Source: Antedon mediterranea
Lineage: Eukaryota; Animalia; Echinodermata
NCBI RefSeq assembly: GCF_964355755.1
Contig: NC_092679.1
Location: 13,995,432-14,059,431, forward strand
Reading direction: 5' to 3'
DNA: 64,000 bases
Below the pieces are notes generated by a model. That model had not been told where the DNA came from, made no database searches, and worked only from the letters and a program-made list of their open reading frames with translations. Of the stretch, positions 55,301-64,000 are shown piece by piece; within the stretch, counting starts at the first letter, position 1; each line of letters begins with the position of its first letter. A program made the translations under genes and the position numbers.

Positions 55301-58300
55301 TCAGCCATTGGACGCGTCTATAAACGATCTCTTTGACGGTAAGCCGTCTCGGGACGACATAACAATGACTGACTCGATTGCTCTGGGCAGTAATGTGCCA
55401 CTATCGGTTAAAAATAAAATATGGGCAAATGGATACATTGACCTCAGGACTCTGATCAATAACGACAATGATACTCATGGTGTCTCGTTATCAATTATTG
55501 ATAAACAACTCCGTGTAGAGACAGACAACAGTAAGAAAAAGCTAATCACAATTACTGAATGGATGCGGGCAATTACAATATACATGTCCATATTTGTCGG
55601 AAAAATCACCTGCTCAATGTTTGCCTATGCTTAAATATGTCAGCAACATACTAGAATTACATGCTTTGGGGAACCTGAGCTGGCAAAGCACGACAGGGCA
55701 GGCCTTTAAATTCCGATGTGCTTCACCCAGAGCTTATGTTAAAACTGGCTTCGTTAGGGAATGCATCTTCTTTCAGACCTAACCCTCGTCCACATGGACA
55801 GCATAATTTTCGTGGCCAACAGATATGTTTAAAATTTAATGCCGGGAAGCAATGCCACGCCCCCACACGCCGCCTCTGACATCTGTGTACCGACTGCCGT
55901 CAACCACACCCCAGAATTCAATGCAATAAACCACGAACGACAAGTCGTCAAACCGGCACTCGAGCAAACCCATCTACCCACGCCAGTGGGAGTAACTGAG
56001 CATTCATGGTATTTAGCAGGGTATACACAAGAATTGTTTAACGAATTGTTAGTCGGGTTCTCGTTTGGATTCCGTCTCCTCTGTTTAAAGCCCCCGGTTC
56101 CGGGCATCGCCCGCAACCATCCAAGTGCCCTCGATCACCCGATACAGATAGAAGAATTTATTTCTAATGGTTTACGACTCGGTAGATTGGCTGGCCCTTT
56201 CGAGTCCCCTCCGTTTGATAAATTGATCTCCTCGCCATTGGGTGTTGTTCCCAAAGCTGAATTAGGCAAATATCGCATTATTCAGGACCTGTCGTACCCC
56301 GGGGGGCTTCTGTCAACTCAGGGATTCCACATGATGTTTCACGTGTCTCATACGACACAATCAACGATGTAGTTAGATTAGTATTAAACAAGGCCAACAG
56401 CCATTAAGTCGCGTGCTACAATGCATAGTGATACCGGACCGACAGACAAACAGACTGACAGACAGACAGACCGACAGACAGACGGACCGACCGACATAGT
56501 GAACTATACTGACCGAAATTACTGAACATGTTTAAAAATGTTGAAATGTTTAAAAACATTTATATTTTTTTAATTTACACGTGCGTAGCCTGTCACATTT
56601 GACGTGCTCGTATAACGTAATTTCGAGTTGAAAATTAAGTCAAGAAAACAGAAATCGGGCAAAAAGTGTGCGCAATAACATTTAACGCGCAGTGCGCGCG
56701 CAAAAATCTGCGCACTCATGGCAATTTTGTAAACGCTTAAAATTGCCTGAAACGTACTCTTATTTCATCGAAAATAAATTTTGAAAATTTTAAGCACGCG
56801 TACGCATGCGTTACATGCGCTACGCACGTAATTGTATTGCCATATGATGATTTATGCCCTGAAATTTATGAGTACCAAATTTTATTTAATTGTGATTCAT
56901 GGTTGTTAAGATATGATTACAAACGTGATTTCGTTAAATCGTGCGTAGACCGCGTAATTTTTTATTGCGCACCGTGAAAACATAACCACATCGATTCCTG
57001 GCCATAAGGAATATTCTGTGAAAAATTGACTTAGCTAGATTAAACTGATATCAAGATAAGGTCATAAAGCGACAAAACGCATAGTGATACCGGACCGACA
57101 GACAGACAGACCGACAGACCGACAGACAGACAGACAGACAGACCGACCGACCGACTTAGTGAACTATAGAGTCGCTTCCACGCGACTAAAAATGGACCTA
57201 GGCCATTAATGTCTAAGACTGATATAGAAGACGCCTTCAGGGTTATCCCTATTCATCCGGATGATTACCATTTGCTGGGGTTTTCTTGGGACGGCAGGTT
57301 CTTTTATGACCGGTGTTTGCCTATGGGCGCCAGTCGCTCATGCAACATTTTCGAATCATTTAGTAAAGCGTTAGTACAATATAGATACTGCGTAACAAAT
57401 TTAATGTAAGGGATGTATCCCATATTCTGGATGATTTTTTCTTCGTCGGCCCTAAAGATTCCAATGACTGCCACAACTCACTGCCTCAATTTTGATATCT
57501 TTGCGACAAGATCGGGGTTCTTATAAGGCGTCTAAGACTGTAACTCCGACTAATGTCATTACAATATACGGGATTGAGGTGGACACAGTCTTGATGGATT
57601 GTGGCCTCCCGTTACCTAAGATTACAAAAACTGTAACAAAAATAAATGAATTTTTAAATAGAAAAAAAGTCACACACACAATGGTTGGCCTGCTTAATTA
57701 CGCTTGTAGTGTGGTGGTGCCGGGTAGAGCGTTTTTACGCCGTATGATAAACCTCCTGTCATTAGCTAAACATCCATCTCATTTCATTTGCTTAACTTAA
57801 CTCATGGAGTTAATGACGATTTGCGGATATGGCTAACATTCCTTGAATCTTTTAATGGGAAAGCCCTTATCCTTCCAGAAAAATGGCTAAATTCTTCGAA
57901 ACTGCGCTTATTGGTTGCGCCGCAGTATTTTGCGACAGATGGTTATACATCGACTGGGGGTCTGACTTTGTAGGTTTTTCGATCGCTGTTTTGGAGTTAT
58001 TTCCAATTGTTAATGCCTTAGAAATATGGAGGCATGAGCTCGCTAATCGCCGCATTTTGTTTCGTTGTGATAATTCAGCTGTTGTGGCTGTTATCAATGA
58101 GAAATCTGCTAAAGACAAAACGCTTTAATGCGTCTTATTCGGCGGTTAGTACTAATATGCCTCCAGTATAAGACTATTTTTTTTTTAACTTTATGTTTAC
58201 ATTTACATATATTTTGTAATTGCGATAATTTTGTTTAATAATGACTATTACTTTACTTGTCTTTTGAATGTATATTGTCCCTTACCATGCAATTCAGCAG

Positions 58301-61300
58301 ATTTGCTGCCAATTGGTTTGTTTTTAATAAAGAAAAGAAAAGAAAAGAAAAAGTATAACATACAATTCCGTACAATGCATATTCCTGGAGTAGATAACGT
58401 GTTGGCGGATCTTTTATCAAGGAAAAAATTTACAGAGGCTCTGGAATCCATTAATTCTATTAGTCCAAATCTAATTCATGTTCCGTCCTACCACATTTAT
58501 ATTTAATTTATTCCTATTTACAGGTGTTGTGTGTTCCTGCAAACAACATGGTACCCCTTAGCTGTGAAGCTACAACACTCATTCACTCGTCATTGGCGCC
58601 AGCCACTATTAAGGCGTATCAACGCAATATTCAAAAGTTGGCTTCATGGTTGGGAAAACTCGTTCAGTTCCCTATAAACCCGGCTCCGGTATGCAACTTT
58701 TTGGCACATTTACATGGTCTACAATATGCACCTAGAACAATTTCATTTCGTCCGTCTCTTTTATCCACAAACTAGCAGACTTACCCGATCCTTGTAATTC
58801 GTTTTTGGTTGTAAAAATTTGACGTGGCGTGCATTATGCTTCGGATCGTCCGGATGTACGCTTGCCTATCACTGCAGAAATTTTGACTAAATTGTTAGCG
58901 AGTCTAGAGTCGATCGAACCTAGTTTACCTTACGGTTCTCATTTAATAATATTACTCCATGCTATCAATATCATTCTAATTTCTTTTTTCAAACTTTTGC
59001 AACTCTACGTTCATTTCATGCAACTTTTGTATTGGCGAAAAGGGAGGAATTCAAATAATTCCTCCTCTTGAGTTTACAGCCTCTCTACACAAATCAACAA
59101 ACAAGCCAGAAAAAAAGTGTTTGTCTGTGGCAGCCTGGAATATAAAAATGTTCTGTAATGAAAATGAGAGTTGTTTTTTGTTTTCTTTGTTTCAGTTTAT
59201 TAGTGTTAACATTGTCATATTTGTGTGTGCGTAAACCGATTCAAATGATCTAGATTGCGCTAGACCGCCAAAGCTTCCAGGGTGATTCGCCCCCTGGACC
59301 CCAACCGGGGGCCCTTGGCGTCCCCCTGGCCCCAGCCCATGGTTGCTCGCTTCGCTCGCAAAATGCTCACATATTGGTTGACCCCCGCTTTAATTCTTTG
59401 CTGGCTGCGCCCCTTATAGATTACTTTTCAGGGCCTTTTCCCTTACCGCGTTCCAAGGGTTCTTCCGGATTGGTGAATTGGCCGTAGGTAAAGGGGACGC
59501 GGATAAGAAGGTCGGGCAATGCAGTGATCTATGTCTTTCTGGTAATTCAGCTTCCTTAACTATAGGCCTATACCATCACAAAACCGGCGTAGGTAAGCCC
59601 CCTATCCATATTTCATTCAATAGTGCCACGGGCGCTCGGTTCTCAGTCCAGTAAAATGTTTACGTGATTACACCAAACATTTTCGGCATACCTCTGGTCC
59701 TTTGTTCCAACATATTTATGGACGGTCGGCCGATTGCGGCTCGTTTCATATACGCAAAACTAAAAGAGGCGATTTGTTTCAATGGTCTTGACCCTACATT
59801 ATAAAGGTCATAGTTTGTCGGGTTTGTGGCATGTTCACCCAGCAAACTTGTATTTTAATTAGTTTTAGTTTAGTAAGTCAAGTTAATCTTTGGATTCTTG
59901 ATAACCAGGCATATTATATTTAACATTCAATATATATTTATGTGATTTTATGTAATAACCAAGGTGTTTAGTTAGTAGTAGTTATTGTCCGTACATATAC
60001 GGTACACTCGATAGGGGCAGCCCATACATTATGTAGGCCTATACGTCTTAGATGGAACTAAATTAGTTATGGGCTGCCCTATTATTATTACAACTCTAGT
60101 ATTATATATGATATTATGTGTTTCCTCATTTAAATAAATATATGACAATTTCCATCCAACTTGGTGTTATTGTATTTTTCCGTCTGGCCTCTTGCGGCAT
60201 AAAGGTATATTTTCGTAGTTACTTCTAATATATACTCACAGTGTTTGAAGAGATGACATATTTGCAAAGATTTTTGTTGAGATACTTTGAATATTATTTT
60301 TGCCGAGAAGCAAATTTTTAACTGCAGGTATTTTACGGTCTTCTAATGAGGTTAGACTGTTCCAACTTACATCCCTGAAATACAATATAGTTATGTTATA
60401 ATTATATTGACATCTCAAAGAGGTTATGCTTGAAAGATTATAATTTAATTTATATTTATATTGTTACTACATGTGTTATTGTTTATTGTAAATGTTTATT
60501 CTTATGGTGTTTTTATCCTTAAGGGCCACAATGGAAATAAGTTTGACCTTTGGTTACTTTTTTGTGTTACCCTGAATTCATTCTTTGTATTTTTTATGTT
60601 GTGTTATTTTATGAATTCGAATAAAGAAATGAAAAAAATGAAAATATTATATTTCAGTGAGCAATACTTAGATAATAACATTAGGCCTACAATTACGCCT
60701 TGGTTAGACATTGATTTGTCATGTATACAATTACTTTTCAATAACATATAAATACATACTACACTAGAAAGATATTACATTACTTATTATTACATTGTTT
60801 TTCCATATGGCTTAAAGGCCGGTGCACACTAAATAATTACACGCAAAGTGACAAGCGTCAAATCGAAGCGAGTCGCATGAAGCTTGAACAAGTTAGACCA
60901 TCGCGAACAAAGTGTCTCGATCCGAGTATATTTCCCATTGGAAGCGAAGCGTCACGCGTCATTTTCGACAGTTCCGGTTTGATCTGGGCGTAGAGAGAGG
61001 CCTAGGCTGGTAGGCCTAGGCCTAGAGGCATAATAAGCTAGGTAGGCCTAGCTTTGGTATTTGCAAATCTATCTCCAATATACTGGGTGTGTAGAAAGCG
61101 ACGACCTCGAATTGGACGACCCCAACGACCCGGGTGACCTCGAATTGGACGACCTAGAATTGGACGACCCATAACACGAAACCGACGACCCCTTTTGCCT
61201 AGCCTAGCCTAGGCCTAAGTGTGGTATAACATCCCGAAGCCGAACATAGCCAAAGATCTTTAAACCATACCTTATTATTATAATACTCGCAAGCAAGCAA

Positions 61301-63365
61301 TTGATTGAAAAAATACAGAAATATCGCCATTTGATACTGAATGTGTCGACACGAACAAACGAACAGATATGGAACGCCAAGAGTGCATCATTAAAACTGC
61401 ATTCGACATATTAAAAATAAATTAAAAAGAAATAAATATTATACATTACATGGTTAAACCATGGACGTACAATTGCATCTCTTCTTCTTATAACGAACAC
61501 TATAGGGCTACCAAGCAGCGTGTTGCGAACATGTGCATGGGGAGGGCCATAAGAAAGCTTTACATTTAACACATGCATTGTATACGGTCAAACCTTACCC
61601 GCCGCTGAAAAAGGGGCCGTTTTGACCTGGTTTGCCATGTTTATGATATTTCGTGTGCTAATCGAGTCGAATGCAGTTTTAATGATGCACTCTTGGCGTT
61701 CCATATCTGTTCGTTTGTTCGTGTCGACACATTCAGTATCAAATGGCGATATTCTGTATTTTTTCAATCAATTGCTTGCTTGCGATAAGATATGGTTTAA
61801 AGATCTTTGGCTATGTTCGGCTTCGGGATGTTATACCACACTTAGGCCTAGGCTAGGCTATAGGGGTCGTCGGTTTCGTGTTATGGGTCGTCCAATTCTA
61901 GGTCGTCCAATTCGAGGTCGTTGGGGTCGTCCAATTCGAGGTCGTCGCTTTCTACACACCCCCAATATACTTGTATTTTTTAATACACACATCCACTGAA
62001 AATGCATTTTTTTGGGGGATTTTTATATTCAAGTGCACCTTTTGTCATAAAAAGACGAGAATAGGCCTACTCGTGAATTATGGCCACAAAATTGACGTCG
62101 CTGACACTACATCCATGTTGAACAAATTATTTTCATCTTCATCTGACAGATGACATCACACATAGCCCGACGATCCTTGTGATTTGATTGATCAAATTGA
62201 AGCGAACAGTGCAGGCGAAAACGAAAAAGTTCCCATGGAGAAACTCTAGCGAATTCACGGGCGGAGCCTTACTAGTTCCGAATTCAACGCGTTCAAGTTT
62301 GATTTGATGTTCACATTGAAATCGTCTGTCGCGGCAAAAGTACGGTTCGATTTTACGCTTGACGCGTGTCGCTTCGCATATAATTTGTTTAGTGTGTATG
62401 CCTATCGGCCTTTAATATTTATAGTTTGAGGATAATTAAACGAAGGCTTCTAATCAATGTTTTTAAACAATTAAAATTTACTAATAAGTTAAATAATGTT
62501 TCTCGGTAATATTATTTTAGCATAAAAGACAACTATTTAGTTATTATCTAGGCTTGTATATCACTAATTGTCTATTTGATACTATTTCCATTGGGTTAGC
62601 ATGTAGTAGTCAATACAAATACCCTTTAACAAACTCTCATTCCATTCATGGATTCATAACAAAGTAGACTAACAGGATTGATATTATCAATAATAAAGAA
62701 TATAATTCTTTTAATTTATCACTATCATTTCGATAATGTTTATTAGTGAATGATGTAGGCCTAGATACAAAACAAAAAATAAAACACTCACAGTGTACCA
62801 TATATGTTTCCACGAAATATTGGAATTTCCGTAAGTCTATTATAAGCAAGATGTCTAAATAAGAATAAATAAAACATGCCATAACTATAATCATCTACGA
62901 TTAAAGCAATTGCAAATTAAAGATATTATGTTATAGTGAGCATGTTAATTGTAGGCCTAATTAGCAAACAAACTGTTCTTTTTGTAAAATAACATATTAT
63001 TTAAGGTGAAGAAGACCCGTGTTACACAATAATGTTTAAAATCGAAAGTTCGAAATCTGAAAATAACAGTAGTGTAAGGTATAAATACTGACAACAATGT
63101 CTAGGCTGACTAGGCAAAGCTGCAGTTCATGTCACATGATTTATAAATAAAAGCTAGTTAGGCCCATGACAAACTGCCGTACATGGTAAGTTATTTAAGC
63201 TATATTCACTATCATTTATTTACAAAACAACGAAGTGGCATTGATTAATATGTAGAAGGATGCTCATTTTTTTTTTAACTGAAAATTACTTACAGAAGAA
63301 AAATACTATCCAATGCGACGAAGGCGTCTTTGTGTATAAAGCTAATATTGTTGTCTGCAAGTTTA
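46281..63365 (-). CDS. Multi-exon host gene (5' end outside window): LRR ectodomain + Cys-rich repeats + ~9-TM domain, orphan receptor-like, ~847 aa visible. Exons: 63365-63294, 62854-62792, 60374-60240, 50860-50792, 50138-50064, 49904-49833, 49590-49531, 48540-48365, 48242-46539, 46399-46281
   Basis: All exons are bounded by AG/GT and the phases chain with no stop: seven phase-2/2 LRR exons, then phase 2/1, 1/1 and a last exon with TAG at 46281-46283. LxxNxI LRR motifs, CxxC repeats and hydrophobic helices are visible in translation. Confidence 0.9.
46539..48242 (-). CDS. Large exon, 1704 bp: Cys-rich repeats (CPLGSFS, CPSGT, CVEGYTGWLCAACSNGHY) + ~9 TM helices
   Basis: ttacag / gtaag, phase 1/1; contains ORF 46519..48024. 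Confidence 0.92.
48365..48540 (-). CDS. Linker + first Cys-rich exon, 176 bp (VCVTEG...CSPCKEGTY...CGKCPPG)
   Basis: tgctag / gtat, phase 2/1, open frame. Confidence 0.85.
49010..49370 (+). mobile_element. tRNA-derived SINE with Deu/Nin-type central domain, (TAAAA)n tail, intronic
   Basis: A box TGGCCGAGCGG 49020-49030; B box GGTTCGAGGCC 49086-49096; CGGATAAGGACTATAAACCGTAGGTCC...AAGAGTAGGGGGTTACCCCGGTG; decayed inverted copy ~51040-51190. Confidence 0.85.
49531..49590 (-). CDS. LRR-like/cap exon, 60 bp (YLNCCGLKSIPSNIGKFINI)
   Basis: atttag / gtaaat, phase 2/2. Confidence 0.78.
49833..49904 (-). CDS. LRR exon, 72 bp (YLFDNPIKQIEENALSHMIEKGTV)
   Basis: ccccag / gtatgt, phase 2/2. Confidence 0.85.
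50064..50138 (-). CDS. LRR exon, 75 bp (FLYGNNISNITYKTLETQNTTLEYI)
   Basis: ctgcag / gtgag, phase 2/2. Confidence 0.85.
50792..50860 (-). CDS. LRR exon, 69 bp (FLVHNNITFIEDGAFNGTNLYFL)
   Basis: tttcag / gtaagc, phase 2/2, LRR consensus. Confidence 0.88.
51686..53400 (-). mobile_element. Decayed L2-clade LINE, RT core deleted, (TTA)n tail
   Basis: LVHAFVSVRLDMCNSLLFGLP...LHWLPVRYRIVFKIL L2 C-terminus; KPWYTDEI; GCGCCTTGAG 3' motif. Confidence 0.82.
53978..54574 (+). pseudogene. SGNH-hydrolase ORF associated with the YR element
   Basis: LVGHSFVRRL (block I), VHLGENDI (block III), SDGVHLN (block V). Confidence 0.75.
54631..54890 (+). repeat. 19-bp tandem repeat (GCCTTCGGGCCTTATGTTT), ~12 copies
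   Basis: Read directly; 19-bp period from 54700 to 54860. Confidence 0.9.
55066..55830 (+). pseudogene. gag-like ORF of the YR element (frameshifted)
   Basis: VKNKIWANGYIDLRTLI and ITEWMRAITIYMSI motifs typical of DIRS/Ngaro ORF1. Confidence 0.65.
56388..57190 (-). mobile_element. HINE inserted into the RT of the YR element at an A/T run
   Basis: AGTCGCGTG / CACGCGACT IRs, (GACA)n/(GACC)n; removal approximately restores VVRLVLKNGPRPLMSKTD. Confidence 0.8.
58172..58351 (+). mobile_element. Short 5'-truncated retroposon 3' end, (AAAAG)n tail, 7-bp TSD AGTATAA
   Basis: AGTATAA at 58165-58171 and 58352-58358; removal restores LICLQYNIQFRT. Confidence 0.75.
58524..59830 (+). pseudogene. Tyrosine recombinase fragments, interrupted by a ~0.5-kb insertion
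   Basis: SSLAPATIKAY; DVRLPIT; GLDPT..YKGHS near 59783-59818. Confidence 0.72.
60240..60374 (-). CDS. Double-LRR exon, 135 bp (DVSWNSLTSLEDRKIPAVKNLLLGKNNIQSISTKIFANMSSLQTL)
   Basis: tttcag / gtgag, phase 2/2; matches ORF 60236..60418. Confidence 0.88.
60816..62411. mobile_element. PIF/Harbinger-like MITE (TAA/TTA flanks)
   Basis: TAA|AGGCCGGTGCACACTAAA ... TTTAGTGTG..CGGCCT|TTA. Confidence 0.6.
61085..61961. mobile_element. MULE-like foldback MITE, ~320-bp TIRs, 10-bp TSD CCAATATACT
   Basis: GGGTGTGTAGAAAGCGACGACC / GGTCGTCGCTTTCTACACACCC; TSD at 61075-61084 and 61962-61971. Confidence 0.88.
62792..62854 (-). CDS. LRR exon, 63 bp (HLAYNRLTEIPIFRGNIYGTL)
   Basis: atttag acceptor, gtgagt donor, phase 2/2, LxxNxLxxIP motif. 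Confidence 0.85.
63294..63365 (-). CDS. LRR exon, 72 bp (KLADNNISFIHKDAFVALDSIFLL)
   Basis: ttttcag acceptor, gtaagt donor, phase 2/2, LRR consensus. Confidence 0.85.
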
Positions 63366-63435
63366 CTGAAAACAACAAAACAGACGTGCAATATTCTATA
63401 TATTATGTAACTACTTTTACGCTTAAAAGCATTGC

Positions 63436-63575
63436 TTTATGCAAACGCGACTCTATAGTTCACTATGTCGGTCGGTCGGTAGGTCCGTTGGTCGGTCTGT
63501 CGGCAGGTCGGTCGGTCGGTAAACACTAACTCAAATTTGCGCACGTGACTGGGCCAGCCATATATATGGCCTTGT
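63436..63575 (+). mobile_element. Short HINE copy
   Basis: CGCGACTCTATAG...(GGTC)n...GGCCTTGT, inverse of 15059-15175. Confidence 0.7.
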
Positions 63576-64000
63576 TTCTCATAGTGACTGATCATCACGG
63601 TTGTGTTTTATTGAGGTTCAGTAATATCTTGTGGTTAGAGATCAGATAACAATTATGACGTAGAGGTTGTCTTTCGCTTAAAATATGTAATAATAATTAT
63701 AATATTAATCTAGTTTAATAATTCAATTACGTAGTAGTTTTGCTCATAAATGTCATAAATAGTGAAGTATTTAAATAACCCAAAATATAAAATAAAATGT
63801 TGACAAAAATCAGATATTCATTCTTCGAACCATGGTTCTTTTTTACAGAGGAGCGTGACCAAATTGTGCATTTTGCCATTTCAAGAACCATTAAATTTTC
63901 CACAATTTATTTTTCTATAAGCCAGCAGCAGATGCCCACCAGATAGACATTATGCAAGGTAATGAAATCCTGAATATAATATAATTGAATGCCATAAAGA

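Larger units (their letters stand above)
55839..58506 (+). pseudogene. RT/RNase H of the YR element, interrupted at 56388-57190 and 58172-58351
   Basis: SPLGVVPK...YRIIQDLSYP; SKTDIEDAFR; LPMG; HILDDF; ELFPIV; CDNSAVV; HIPGVDNVLADLLSR. Confidence 0.85.
53640..60200 (+). mobile_element. Degraded tyrosine-recombinase retrotransposon (DIRS/Ngaro type); boundaries approximate
   Basis: SGNH ORF, gag-like ORF, RT/RNase H and YR fragments in order; several nested insertions. Confidence 0.82.

Noticed and set aside
61622-61999. 125-aa ORF with GRPIRGR repeats
   Set aside because: Lies in the MULE-like TIR and reflects its short tandem repeats.

Overview
AT-rich, repeat-dense animal genomic DNA with spliceosomal introns; the repeat spectrum (Deu-type SINE, BEL/Pao, Ngaro-like YR element, HINEs) suggests a marine invertebrate deuterostome such as an echinoderm (inference). 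The main host gene is on the minus strand. At least 10 exons (63365->46281; 5' end outside the window) encode ~847 aa: LRR ectodomain, Cys-rich repeats, then a ~9-TM domain with a YKxxFWFWE motif, i.e. an orphan receptor. A truncated paralogous 3' piece lies at 12440-13179, just downstream of a small 3-exon, partly duplicated and frameshifted gene for a basic protein (13710-14819). The rest is mostly nested mobile DNA: four LINEs, a full-length BEL/Pao element with identical LTRs inside a foldback element, a degraded YR (DIRS/Ngaro) retrotransposon, Helitron/HINE copies, P-, MULE-, piggyBac-, Harbinger- and hAT-like MITEs, and a Deu-SINE. Most notable: a tandem hammerhead-ribozyme repeat (retrozyme/Penelope-like) split by a LINE, a 2.3-kb CAC...GTG element with asymmetric RSS-like ends (12/21 spacers), and the LRR-9TM receptor. 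All coordinates and alignments were read by eye; no searches were run.
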